From the sequence record MW812339.1: 64,000 nucleotides of DNA. One strand, given 5' to 3'. The position numbers were made by a program, and so were the translations under genes. This document shows, in pieces, positions 51,106 to 60,670 of this stretch (its first letter is position 1; the number at the start of each line of letters is the position of its first letter). The notes below the pieces were generated by a model. The model was not told where the DNA came from and did not search any database. It was given only the letters and a program-made list of their open reading frames with translations.

Positions 51106-53883
51106 ATGGAAGATATTAGTAATATAACGGGCGACCCCGCGGTAGCCGCTATACTGCGTAAGTCAACTGGGCCATCAGCCCAGCAAGAACGCGGTAAGCG
51201 CGAAGAAGGTGGCGTAACACCCACCCGTTCAGAACTCACAGGTATTGCGAGTTCCCGCATCCGCACCGTTAAAAATGCCGAACGTATCTTTGATGCGCTC
51301 CCAGAGCTAGAGGTCATTGTTACCATCGCTACCTCCTCGCTCCTGTCCACAAAAGATTTGATTAACACCACTCTGATATACGACAACGTGGCTGATATTC
51401 CTATCGACCTGCGTGCTCAGATGTTGGAGCCAGTAAAAGAGTTCCACGACCATACCCGTCAGCTTCCGACTAAGCTGTATCAGTGGATGTACGATGCGCT
51501 GAAATCCAAAGGGGCCAGTCCGGTTCTGTTAATTTCAGATACCGGGTTTGACCAACTGTTCGGCTTAAAACCATCCGTCGCAACGGAATCGGTCCGCAGA
51601 AGTCAAGCGGCCTTCTTTGAAACTCAGCTGGGTATCCTCGGTGATATTAACGCGAAGGATAAACCGAAAGTCGGTGTTGAAAGCATTCTAGGTCGTGCAT
51701 CTGGTGCAAGCAAACCGTCACGTCCGCAGACGTTGACGTTGAACTTTGCCAACGCACCAGACAGTCCGTTCAAAGCAGACGGCCTGTTAGGCACCCTGGA
51801 TATCACGGTGACGGATAACCCACGTATTACCATGCTGCCAGAGGCTTATCGCCGTGTGGCGCAGGAGAATGCGCGTACTGGGTTGTTCGGGCAGTTAGAG
51901 CAGTACGCATATGAACAAACCACGACGCCTAACGGTTCGTCGGAATACAATGCGGACGGCTTCAAGGACAGCGAAGAAGAGAAGAACAAACTCGGTCTTA
52001 TCAACCTCGGTGACCTGAACGAAACGTATAAGAATACCCCGCAGCAGAAACTGTATGCCGAAGTGCCGAAGATGAGTTTTGCTGATGCAAACAAAATCGA
52101 ATACACCGAACGCTTACTGCCTGCGGAATCCACCCTGCCGTTGGTTATCGGCGATGACGTCCGTAACCCAATCGGTTATCTGACCATCGTCGACGAAATG
52201 GGTAACTTCATCAACTCGCGCTCCACGCTGTACGGTGATGCGAACTTCATGAACTATCTGAACAACGACGGCATGACCGATTCCACGATTAACCGTGCGA
52301 ACCTCGGTATGGGCAACACCTCTCGCGTCACACCTGATATCGCGAACCGTTTGACCTCGCGCTACGGTGAGATTGCGGAAGACCAGCTGACCAAAGCGTT
52401 GGGTGAAGCTCTCGGTGGTGCTGAAATCAGCATGACGGTAACGGAAACGTTCAGCCGCATTATGCTGGCACGTCACCTGGCGAAGCGTCACACGCAGGTT
52501 ATCTATATTCCGGCAGAGAACTTGTGTTACTTTGCTACCGACTTCGATGAAGACGGTATCGGTGTATCGATTACTGAACGTTCGTTCGTTATCTCTACCG
52601 TGCGTATGGCGCTGCTGTTTGCAACCATGAACTCTGCGGTATTGAACTCTGCACGTCACATGCAGTACGACATCGAGTTGTCTCCGGACGACATGAACCC
52701 GCAGAAAACGATTGACCAAGTGAAAACCGACATCATGAACTCCTACAACCGGCGTCAGCCGATGTGGGGCGACATGAACGACACTTGGGCAATGACCACG
52801 AACGCCGGTGTGGCCTTTAACGTCACCGGTAACGACTACTATGCTTCTACACGCATCAGTGTGTCGGATACCACCCCTGACTATAAAGCGCCTGACCCGC
52901 AGTTTGATGAAACCCTGCTGCGTCGTACCTGTCACATTGCAGGCGTTGACCCAGACTTGGTAATGACCCCAGAGAACATCGAATTTGCTTCGCAGATTTT
53001 CTCCAAGTCTTTGCTGGTTACTCAGCAAATTACCAAGAAGCAGGAAATCCTGTCTAAGCCTTTGACCCGCTACGTGGTTAACGGTCTGTTAGCTTCCCCG
53101 TCACTGCAGGCTTCACTGATTAAGATTATCGTGGAGTACATGAACGTGAACGGTAACGGCATGTCAACCGACCAAATCACGAAGAAGGTTTCTGAGTATC
53201 TGGCTGCCTTTATCAATGGCATGAAAGTTACTCTGCCACCACCAGACACATCAGCTGCAGCTTCTCAAATGGACTTGTTCGATAAGCGTATGGAGTTCTT
53301 CGAGAAGATTGCTGACCTGGTCGTGACGGAAGACCTGTCTAATGCTCTGCAGAACGAAGGCATTAAGATGTCGCCTGATGACCTGAAGACCATGATCAAG
53401 TCCTTCTACGCCCGTAACTGGTTGCGTAAACAGGGTATTGAGAATGACTTCTTCGACCTCATCTACGACGATGAGAATCGTCAGGACAACATTAAGATGA
53501 TGGTCGATGACAGCATGTCTGCTGCGAAGGGTCTGATACAACTGGCAGGCAAGTTCACTGGTCGTCTGGAGACGTTGGCGAAGAATGCCGACCTTGACCC
53601 GAATGATGCTTCTGGCGGATTCGGTGGAGGTGGCTTCGGAGGTGATGATAACACTGGCGGTGGCGACGACGATGGTTTAGGTGGAGGCGACGACTTCGGT
53701 GGTGATGACGGGCTGGGGGGCGGTGATGACTTCTCAGACGATGGCACCGATGGTGGGGATGGCGGTACCGGAGATGATGACGGTGCGGCTGGGGACGACG
53801 GCGCTGGCGGTGACCTGAATGCAGTTGATGGTGATAATGCAGGTGGCGATGATGGTACGGGTGGAAACAATCCTCCGATCTAA
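51106..53883 (+). CDS. Portal protein, phiKZ-like
   Basis: 925 aa; 'IFDALPELEVIVTIATSSLLS', 'YIPAE..CYFA.DFD.DG.G', opposite-strand orientation, acidic G/D C-tail, VATE processing motif. Confidence 0.8.
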   Translation: MEDISNITGDPAVAAILRKSTGPSAQQERGKREEGGVTPTRSELTGIASSRIRTVKNAERIFDALPELEVIVTIATSSLLSTKDLINTTLIYDNVADIPIDLRAQMLEPVKEFHDHTRQLPTKLYQWMYDALKSKGASPVLLISDTGFDQLFGLKPSVATESVRRSQAAFFETQLGILGDINAKDKPKVGVESILGRASGASKPSRPQTLTLNFANAPDSPFKADGLLGTLDITVTDNPRITMLPEAYRRVAQENARTGLFGQLEQYAYEQTTTPNGSSEYNADGFKDSEEEKNKLGLINLGDLNETYKNTPQQKLYAEVPKMSFADANKIEYTERLLPAESTLPLVIGDDVRNPIGYLTIVDEMGNFINSRSTLYGDANFMNYLNNDGMTDSTINRANLGMGNTSRVTPDIANRLTSRYGEIAEDQLTKALGEALGGAEISMTVTETFSRIMLARHLAKRHTQVIYIPAENLCYFATDFDEDGIGVSITERSFVISTVRMALLFATMNSAVLNSARHMQYDIELSPDDMNPQKTIDQVKTDIMNSYNRRQPMWGDMNDTWAMTTNAGVAFNVTGNDYYASTRISVSDTTPDYKAPDPQFDETLLRRTCHIAGVDPDLVMTPENIEFASQIFSKSLLVTQQITKKQEILSKPLTRYVVNGLLASPSLQASLIKIIVEYMNVNGNGMSTDQITKKVSEYLAAFINGMKVTLPPPDTSAAASQMDLFDKRMEFFEKIADLVVTEDLSNALQNEGIKMSPDDLKTMIKSFYARNWLRKQGIENDFFDLIYDDENRQDNIKMMVDDSMSAAKGLIQLAGKFTGRLETLAKNADLDPNDASGGFGGGGFGGDDNTGGGDDDGLGGGDDFGGDDGLGGGDDFSDDGTDGGDGGTGDDDGAAGDDGAGGDLNAVDGDNAGGDDGTGGNNPPI

Positions 53884-53894
53884 TCGCTGAGATC

Positions 53895-53951
53895 AAAAAA
53901 AATAAAGAGCCCGCGCCACCCCTTCGGGGGTGGACGGGTTATCTTTTTTTC
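53895..53951. terminator. Bidirectional terminator between convergent genes
   Basis: A-run, CCCG.CCACCCC-TTCG-GGGGTGGACGGG, T-run; cUUCGg loop on the + (portal) strand. Confidence 0.85.
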
Positions 53952-54257
53952 TTAATCTTCATCTGCCTCAGTTTTAGGCTTGTTCACCAATTCGTCGAGC
54001 ATGATACCAATCGCCAGAGGGTCTCCCAGGAACGGTTCTAGCTTCGCCAGTACATCAGGTAGCTTCGCTGCCTCTAAAGCCGGCATAAGCGATTTACGGG
54101 CATTATAGAAGATTTGCCAACGACGTCCGAACGTAATGGAAGTCTTTGCGTTACGGAACTGCGTTAAGAACGCCTCAGTAGCTTTCGTTTCAGGAAGTTC
54201 AAAGCGAAAACGTTTACTGCGATCGTAGTCCATGTTAATGACGATAAACTTTACCAT
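53952..54257 (-). CDS. Hypothetical protein
   Basis: 101 aa; GAGG RBS. Confidence 0.65.
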   Translation of the reverse strand: MVKFIVINMDYDRSKRFRFELPETKATEAFLTQFRNAKTSITFGRRWQIFYNARKSLMPALEAAKLPDVLAKLEPFLGDPLAIGIMLDELVNKPKTEADED

Positions 54258-54277
54258 GCTCGAACCTCGTTATAGAG

Positions 54278-54490
54278 CTACTCTATATTAAGGCCTAAAT
54301 CATCAACTCGCAGATTGAGGATGTCGGCATAGAGTTCCATGGCATTCAGCTGCATCATCATCAGTCCCTGTTGTTTAACCGGTAGCTCATTAAACTCGAC
54401 GGTGCCACGCATTTCCCGTAGGGATTTAATCTTCACTTCCAGATCCGCGCTTTCTGCTTTCAAAGAAGCAATCACGTCTTCATTACTCAT
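54278..54490 (-). CDS. Small helical-hairpin protein (crAss001_48-like pattern)
   Basis: 70 aa; 'E..DL..KI..L...F..L...QQ.L...QL.AM..Y..IL..R'. Confidence 0.65.
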   Translation of the reverse strand: MSNEDVIASLKAESADLEVKIKSLREMRGTVEFNELPVKQQGLMMMQLNAMELYADILNLRVDDLGLNIE

Positions 54491-54502
54491 CTAACACTCC
54501 TT

Positions 54503-54537
54503 GCAAATAAAAAATAATAGGAGACCCGAAGGTCTCC
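54503..54537 (-). terminator. Intrinsic terminator
   Basis: GGAGACC-TTCG-GGTCTCC on minus strand. Confidence 0.8.
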
Positions 54538-54551
54538 GTATTAGTTACGCC

Positions 54552-56204
54552 TTAGTAATGCACGGCTGCAGTTTTCTCACCGTTGCTCAGCAACAGATAA
54601 GTACGCTGTGGCAGTTGCAGCATTACTTGGGTGTGTGGGCACTGTTCCAGTACCGTTTCGTAGATAGACACTACCGGGTCGGCTGTGTTGCCCAGAGAGG
54701 CTACAGTAACCACGTCGTGTTTCTCAACAGAACTGTACATGCCAGGTACCACGATGGTGATCAGGCTCTGAATCAGATTGATTGTAGAACCAGAATCGCT
54801 CAGCTTGATAGTCAGCTTACGCAGAGAGGTCGCTACCATCAGGAACAGGTCACGGAACCAATCTTCCTGCTCGCTCACACCGTTCGCGCCCGTTGTGGCG
54901 TTGAACAGGTCATTGGCGAAGAAGACGATATCGTCCGGAGCACGCTCCAGTTCGATGCTGCCGTTGATGGTTGGCACTTCGGTACCACGATTAGTGCCCA
55001 GTGACAATGCGTTGTGAACCAGCAGAGTGATGTTGGCGATATACGCATTCGCGAAACGCGCCACTTCACTAACAACTACTTCAGACTCATCGCTGTGTTC
55101 TACTGCGTAGTCATGCAGCTCGATAGCATTGTTGCGCAGGCCGGTTAATGCATCGGTTACTTTGGTAATCAGCGTTTCGATGTCGTCTACAGTGGCCAGG
55201 CTGTCGAGGTCGGATTTCAGTGCGTCATGCTGCGCAACAAATTGACGTACTTTGTCCTGCATGTCTTTGTTCACACCAACCAGATATGCACGATAGCTAT
55301 CACGCGCACGCACAATCAGGTCAGCCCCAGCGTAATATACCACTTCTTCTTTACCGCTGAAGATATCCTGCAGTGGAGAAGACCAGTCGCGCTGTTCAGC
55401 AAAGGTGGATTGCTTGATGCGACTGTTGGCTTCTTTCGCCGGAATGGTTACACGTGGTTCTGGCGTTTTCAGCTCATGGTATTTGTAATCTTCCACATCA
55501 ATCTCCTGCAAAATATTGTTAACTGGACTATTGGTGTCTACGCTGCTACGTTCCCCGATGGCCACACCGAGTGTGTCGTTGACAGGTTGGTTAAATTGCG
55601 ACTGCGGTTCCATAGATGCAACGGGTGCCACATCGATGGTTACAGGCGCTGCTTGTTGTTGCGGCTGCTGCGCAGGTGCTGCAGAAGGATTCAGCAGTGG
55701 GTCATTAACGAGATCGATTTCCGCACTTGGCGCGATAACAGAAATCCCGTTAGTGGTGCTACCGATTTGTACGCCAGTTGACGGCTGGTTAGACATCGTC
55801 AGGCCATCCGCTACACGGATGCCGCCAGAGTTACCCCCCAGCAGACCACCGGCGTTACCACCACCCAGACTGCTTTCCTGCGCCTTACGCATGGCTTGCA
55901 GAATCTCAGAGACCTGATTCCACGCCGCGGTCAGTTTGTTGTGGCGGTCATCGTTATACTGGTTACCGCTACGGGACATCTGCTGGTATACGGTTGCTTT
56001 ATACGCATCAACGGCATACGCGATAATCTGCGCTTCAGACCCGCCTTTACTCTGCGCATACTGCGCCACAATCGTCGCGATCTTCAACGCCTGGTCCGGA
56101 GCCATGTTCAGCTTTTTCATTACGCCGTTCAGTTCGTTCAGGACTGCATCGTTGTTCAGGTGGCGGACGATGACATTCTTGATTTGTTCAACAGTGAGGC
56201 TCAT
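54552..56204 (-). CDS. Conserved-core hypothetical protein
   Basis: 550 aa; TAAGGAG RBS; G/Q/P-rich linker; lies between RNAP subunit and portal. Confidence 0.8.
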   Translation of the reverse strand: MSLTVEQIKNVIVRHLNNDAVLNELNGVMKKLNMAPDQALKIATIVAQYAQSKGGSEAQIIAYAVDAYKATVYQQMSRSGNQYNDDRHNKLTAAWNQVSEILQAMRKAQESSLGGGNAGGLLGGNSGGIRVADGLTMSNQPSTGVQIGSTTNGISVIAPSAEIDLVNDPLLNPSAAPAQQPQQQAAPVTIDVAPVASMEPQSQFNQPVNDTLGVAIGERSSVDTNSPVNNILQEIDVEDYKYHELKTPEPRVTIPAKEANSRIKQSTFAEQRDWSSPLQDIFSGKEEVVYYAGADLIVRARDSYRAYLVGVNKDMQDKVRQFVAQHDALKSDLDSLATVDDIETLITKVTDALTGLRNNAIELHDYAVEHSDESEVVVSEVARFANAYIANITLLVHNALSLGTNRGTEVPTINGSIELERAPDDIVFFANDLFNATTGANGVSEQEDWFRDLFLMVATSLRKLTIKLSDSGSTINLIQSLITIVVPGMYSSVEKHDVVTVASLGNTADPVVSIYETVLEQCPHTQVMLQLPQRTYLLLSNGEKTAAVHY

Positions 56205-56235
56205 TGTGAATAATACTCCTTAAGAGATAATAAGA

Positions 56236-58029
56236 TTAACGGCCGATTTTCGCGATATCTTCTTCGGTCGGCTTAATAAACGGTGCAAGCTTAGGATTAC
56301 GAACCATTACCAAGCTTGGGTTGGTTTTCATGTACGGGTTGAGGATGTTAGCCTTGAATGGTGCCGACTTCGGAATATAGAACACGTTACCACATTCCAA
56401 ATGTGAAGCGGAGGCGTGCTTCGTACGGTCATTCAGGTTAACGGTCTTCCCTCCTTTCTTCGAACGTTTCGCGTCTGTTTCAGTTTGTCCGATGGCATGA
56501 GTTGAGACTGCCAGTACCATGGACTCAGTTGACGCATTGAAGAAGCTGATGCCGCCGTTGCCGGTGATGTTACGCAACACCAGGTTCAGGACAATCTGTT
56601 TATTCAGTGCATCGCGAATAGACTTCGCAGCCGTTTCTGGAGTACGGTGTTCCAATTGCCCCAGCTTCCAGCGTATCTTCGAGATCGTTGTGGTGAACCC
56701 ACGCTGACCCAACAACAGATAGTCGGTTACGGTGAGACGCTTCCCGTACATTGACGGAATATCGTCCTGCTTAGTCAGACGGGTACGTACCATTAACTGC
56801 GTGGTGTACCAAAGGAAGTCAAACATATCCATGTCGTCTGGGATCGACGGGTCATTCGCCATCAGCTCGCCACGGAAGGTGCTATTGACATAGCGCTCAC
56901 ATTCCTGGAAGTGGCTATCCATACTGCGGCCCAATTCGATATCAGATGGCTTCAGTCCACGGATGCTACGCCCTAACACTTCACGCCATGATGCAGCGGA
57001 GTTCAAGTTGGCGATGTCTTCATCCATGGCCATTTCATTGATTTGGGTAAACAGGCCCGGCAGCACAGGTGCACGACCGTTCTTACTATTCTGTTTCCCG
57101 GCGTAGTAATGCGCAGCTTTAAAGAACGCAGCCAGAGCCACCAGTAACAGGTGCTCTTGTGGTTCCCAGCGGGCTACATCCACACTTGGTAAATCAGACT
57201 TCTTCACAACCAACACGTACTGAATCGACTTCGCAAGCTGTGGTTCACCCGATTGGATCACCACGTACTTGTTAAGATCGAGGTCACGGACTTTGATTGC
57301 TGGCCAGATATTCACAGACACGCCCGTAAAGCGCTCCACAGCCTGCTTAAAGCCATAGCGACCGAACATCCAGTACATCAGTGGCTTCTCGTCTGTGTCG
57401 TGCCCTATAGGGCCTGTAGAGACGAATAGGTTCGAGGTACCCGGCAGGAACAATTGTTCAGGGCGACCGTTGACCAGGATTTTGGTTGGTTTCTTACAGA
57501 ACTTGATCGACACCTTGCGAGTGAAGTCAAAGTTGATGAAGATACCACCGTGTTCACGACAGATACCCGGCTGGTGAATTACCGGCGCAACGTGATACGT
57601 GGTGCCGTAATAGTTCATCAATCCACCCCGTCGGATGAATGGTAAACTAATCGGTCGCATCACTGGTCGTGAATCCCCTGGAATACGGAACGATGCCATG
57701 ACCATATACGTATCCGTAGCGGAGATGTTGATAATCGACCGCCCACGGTTGTTCCGTGAGTTGTTGTCTGACTTCGACAACTTAAAGATGTACGCTTCAA
57801 ACGGTGACATGTGACGACAACCTAGCACCGTTAAACCTTCCGGTAACTTAGGGTTGTCAATCTCGTCATAGGTCAGCTCACGACGCAGGATTGTACTTAC
57901 CCGATCATGGATGCCATCTTTCGCTTGTGTGTACCCAACTCCCTCTGCGATTGCGCGGTTAAAGGGGACTATCTCACCGCCTTCCTTTAACGCCCTGATT
58001 GCATCTTTAAACACACCGGCCTCCCTCAA
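56236..58029 (-). CDS. Non-virion RNA polymerase beta subunit, N-terminal half (phiKZ gp123-like)
   Basis: 597 aa; 'ISLPFIRRGGLMNYYGTTYHVAPV' matches the beta 'P....GtFiinG.erV' region; 'HASASHLECG..P' matches the beta 'H.SH.Gr.Cp..TP' region; synteny with capsid gene. Confidence 0.8.
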   Translation of the reverse strand: MREAGVFKDAIRALKEGGEIVPFNRAIAEGVGYTQAKDGIHDRVSTILRRELTYDEIDNPKLPEGLTVLGCRHMSPFEAYIFKLSKSDNNSRNNRGRSIINISATDTYMVMASFRIPGDSRPVMRPISLPFIRRGGLMNYYGTTYHVAPVIHQPGICREHGGIFINFDFTRKVSIKFCKKPTKILVNGRPEQLFLPGTSNLFVSTGPIGHDTDEKPLMYWMFGRYGFKQAVERFTGVSVNIWPAIKVRDLDLNKYVVIQSGEPQLAKSIQYVLVVKKSDLPSVDVARWEPQEHLLLVALAAFFKAAHYYAGKQNSKNGRAPVLPGLFTQINEMAMDEDIANLNSAASWREVLGRSIRGLKPSDIELGRSMDSHFQECERYVNSTFRGELMANDPSIPDDMDMFDFLWYTTQLMVRTRLTKQDDIPSMYGKRLTVTDYLLLGQRGFTTTISKIRWKLGQLEHRTPETAAKSIRDALNKQIVLNLVLRNITGNGGISFFNASTESMVLAVSTHAIGQTETDAKRSKKGGKTVNLNDRTKHASASHLECGNVFYIPKSAPFKANILNPYMKTNPSLVMVRNPKLAPFIKPTEEDIAKIGR

Positions 58030-59030
58030 ATTATCATCCCGACTAGAGCCACGCCAGCGGCGAGGTAGGCAGGAATCGATTTCATAAAGTCCGAACTATC
58101 CTTACGCTGATAGGCTCGGGACTCGTAATGGTCTTTTCGTACATCCGAACGAAGCTTCAGCTCATTCGACTGTAAAGTGTTAAGTGTGCTTACCCTCTCT
58201 TTCTCTAAAGCCAAGTTATTAAGTTGAGTACGGTAATCCAATTCTTGAGCGGCTTTCCGGTCATCGAGATCTTGCAGTTTGTTTTGATACGTAGCTTCTA
58301 ATTTAGCTTTGATATCCCGCAAGTCTGGCATTGAGTCTATCCAGCGATAACTCCTCGCCTCATCTTCAGTTGCAAACGCCCTAAACGGTGACAATGCATC
58401 GTCGAATGGAAACAGCAGCATCCTGCCATTCTCCACACACTCCGCGCCACCAATGACCATGTAAATCCCTTCGTCGTAATACTTCGACCGAATCGGTTCC
58501 ACTTCTAACATCGAAGTATAGAACCTCACCCACTTCAATTGCTTCGGATCATCGTACCGCTGAACTACTACCACGCCTAAGGCAAATTCCTTACGGTCCC
58601 CGCCTGGTCTCCCAACCAACTCGGAATCCAGTTTGACCGGCTGTGTCGAGAAAGCCATACCGAGCTTTCGCAACACGACCAAATCACCACGCATTAATGC
58701 ACCAATATCATCCACAACGTACATCAATGTTGTGGTACCGGTTGTTGTTAACTCTTTGCACATCTGCGTATACTGCTTTAGGGAGTGTCCATCGCGCAAG
58801 CCCGATAGATTAGCCCCACCCCCTCTGACCGTATAGGTGACATACACCACAATCCCAAACTCCGCTGCTGTCTTCATCGACGGGGCTAAAACAAAATGCC
58901 CGCCACTGAGTTCAGTGACGTAGATGGGAAACCCGGTATTATTCTCGTACGTGATAGTCTTCGACACAGCACCATGATACATGGGCTGCTGGGTTAGCGT
59001 TGGTTCAATGTCTAAATCATAACGATTCAT
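58026..59030 (-). CDS. Conserved phiKZ-like protein upstream of RNAP subunit
   Basis: Start moved to MNRYDLD; coiled coil, then 'YESRAYQRKDSSDFMK' and hydrophobic C-terminal tail. Confidence 0.75.
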   Translation of the reverse strand: MNRYDLDIEPTLTQQPMYHGAVSKTITYENNTGFPIYVTELSGGHFVLAPSMKTAAEFGIVVYVTYTVRGGGANLSGLRDGHSLKQYTQMCKELTTTGTTTLMYVVDDIGALMRGDLVVLRKLGMAFSTQPVKLDSELVGRPGGDRKEFALGVVVVQRYDDPKQLKWVRFYTSMLEVEPIRSKYYDEGIYMVIGGAECVENGRMLLFPFDDALSPFRAFATEDEARSYRWIDSMPDLRDIKAKLEATYQNKLQDLDDRKAAQELDYRTQLNNLALEKERVSTLNTLQSNELKLRSDVRKDHYESRAYQRKDSSDFMKSIPAYLAAGVALVGMII

Positions 59031-59062
59031 CAAGCGTCCCAGTAATAATACCAAACAACAGT

Positions 59063-59086
59063 TCACGTAGATAATATCTATCTCAG
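59063..59086 (-). promoter_or_regulatory. Putative early promoter
   Basis: Minus strand CTGAGATAGATATTATCTACGTGA. Confidence 0.55.
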
Positions 59087-59136
59087 TTTACTTTGGGCGC
59101 GAGTACATACTCACCGCACCAATCGTAAAAAAGACA

Positions 59137-59835
59137 CTAAGGAATCAGTCGTTCCGCCATCGCACGCAGTTGGTCACGGTTTAACTCGGCCAAAGTCTGC
59201 TCACCGAAACCTAACTTCAAGTTAAGAAGATACCCAGCTTGTGGGTACGTGGCGGTATTAGCAATAGACAATAAAGAGTCGGCTGTGCGAACCATACTGA
59301 GATCGGTCGTCGCCAAAGGGGCAGGGTTCGGCTCAGCGGTGGTGCGATAACCGTAAACAAGAGAATCTCTTTCGAAGCCATAGCAGATCATCATACCGGG
59401 TTTGTTGTGCGATTCCCCGGCGGGACCAGGCCTACCGTTATACTGCTGATGCCATCTGATGCGTTCAAAGCCTGTGGTAAAGTTGGTACGAATCGTATCA
59501 AACAAAGCTTCGAGCTGTGTAGGGTGTATTTGATGCAATGGTGTGAAATCGTAGTCTGCGGAACTATAAAGGATGAAGTCAATGCCGTCGACGTTTAAGC
59601 TCTCAGGCATGTACTTCACTTCCTCGTCACGCGCGATACAACGCTGCCACATATTCGCCCATTCCAGTATACCTTCTACAGCATCGCGACTTAAGTACAT
59701 CTCCACATCACTCATCAGTGCGGCAGTCAGACCCCGCCGTTCGCCATTATCACACGCCGATACCAGAAACCCACGACCGTCAAACATACTGGCGGTAATC
59801 TTTGACTTCTCTAAAACGTAACACAATTTCATCAT
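59137..59835 (-). CDS. Hypothetical protein, paralog of 59846..60547
   Basis: 232 aa; C-terminal GYLLNLKLGFG..L....D.L.A. Confidence 0.75.
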   Translation of the reverse strand: MMKLCYVLEKSKITASMFDGRGFLVSACDNGERRGLTAALMSDVEMYLSRDAVEGILEWANMWQRCIARDEEVKYMPESLNVDGIDFILYSSADYDFTPLHQIHPTQLEALFDTIRTNFTTGFERIRWHQQYNGRPGPAGESHNKPGMMICYGFERDSLVYGYRTTAEPNPAPLATTDLSMVRTADSLLSIANTATYPQAGYLLNLKLGFGEQTLAELNRDQLRAMAERLIP

Positions 59836-59845
59836 TGACTCCTTA

Positions 59846-60547
59846 TTACTTCGTTAATTTTTTCTGGATGGCTGTCAAGTCGTCTTTGGTAATACGGCCA
59901 AGTTCCAGTGCACCCAGTCCACACGCCAACTTCAACTCGTATCCATCGTGGGATAGGCTGTTTGTTTCTGTCACGCCGCCCAGCAAATCGGCCAGGTATG
60001 CTGCGTATGGATGCTGTTGCTCGAAAGGCTCGATGTCGTCATACACGTTATTGACTTCCGCTTCCACGTAGTGCTTGAGGCGACCGATTTCAACCCAGCG
60101 TTTGTTTTCTTTGCGACGGAAAGCAAACCCGGCATCCAAAGATAACATCCCTGACCGGCGAACACAGACCACCAGGTCTTTCCCTGGTAAGATGTGCATA
60201 TACGGCGGTATGTAAACAAATTCTGTCTCACGATGGTAGAAGCCCAGGAGTTGGTCGATGCGCGTCAGGCCTTCTTCCAGTTCTCGCTGCGGATCAACGC
60301 AGCCCCAATTGATAAGAAACTTGAATTTCCCGTATGCAACGTAATCTGGTCGGATGACATCGTAACCTATGCCGTGATGGTGAATGTGGTCGTCGTAGTT
60401 CTCAACCACATAACGGATTGCTGAATGGAAACAGATGAACTGCTCCTCGGTGAAGTGGCAATCACCGTGGTCCAATATATTCAGAACAATCCCGCCACGG
60501 ACGGCTTTAATAGAAACGACGTCTTTTAATCGAACTGGGTATTCCAT
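59846..60547 (-). CDS. Hypothetical protein, paralog of 59137..59835
   Basis: 233 aa; C-terminal GYELKLACGLG..L....D.L.A; TAAGGAG RBS. Confidence 0.75.
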   Translation of the reverse strand: MEYPVRLKDVVSIKAVRGGIVLNILDHGDCHFTEEQFICFHSAIRYVVENYDDHIHHHGIGYDVIRPDYVAYGKFKFLINWGCVDPQRELEEGLTRIDQLLGFYHRETEFVYIPPYMHILPGKDLVVCVRRSGMLSLDAGFAFRRKENKRWVEIGRLKHYVEAEVNNVYDDIEPFEQQHPYAAYLADLLGGVTETNSLSHDGYELKLACGLGALELGRITKDDLTAIQKKLTK

Positions 60548-60570
60548 ACATGCTCCTTAAGTAAAAACAG

Positions 60571-60603
60571 TTAACTCTCACTAAGATAAAATCTATCTAT
60601 AAA
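60571..60603 (-). promoter_or_regulatory. Putative early promoter
   Basis: Minus strand ATAGATAGATTTTATCTTAGTGAGAGTTAA; extended match to the copy at 12261. Confidence 0.55.
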
Positions 60604-60606
60604 TTT

Positions 60607-60648
60607 TTAGAAAAAAAGAAAAAGCTTACACCCCGAAGGGTGTAAGCT
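60607..60648 (-). terminator. Strong intrinsic terminator after capsid gene
   Basis: AGCTTACACCC-TTCG-GGGTGTAAGCT plus long U tract on minus strand. Confidence 0.9.
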
Positions 60649-60670
60649 ATTCTTAGCGCGAGACTAACTC

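Noticed and set aside
52114-53896. Minus-strand ORFs of 304, 129 and 113 aa, including Pro/Ser- and His/Arg-rich ones
   Set aside because: Antisense shadows of the portal and its GGT/GAT low-complexity tail
5227-60648. Repeated CCC-GAAG-GG hairpins as CRISPR or REP repeats
   Set aside because: Stems differ in sequence, occur singly at gene ends with U tracts, and are cUUCGg terminators; no spacer array
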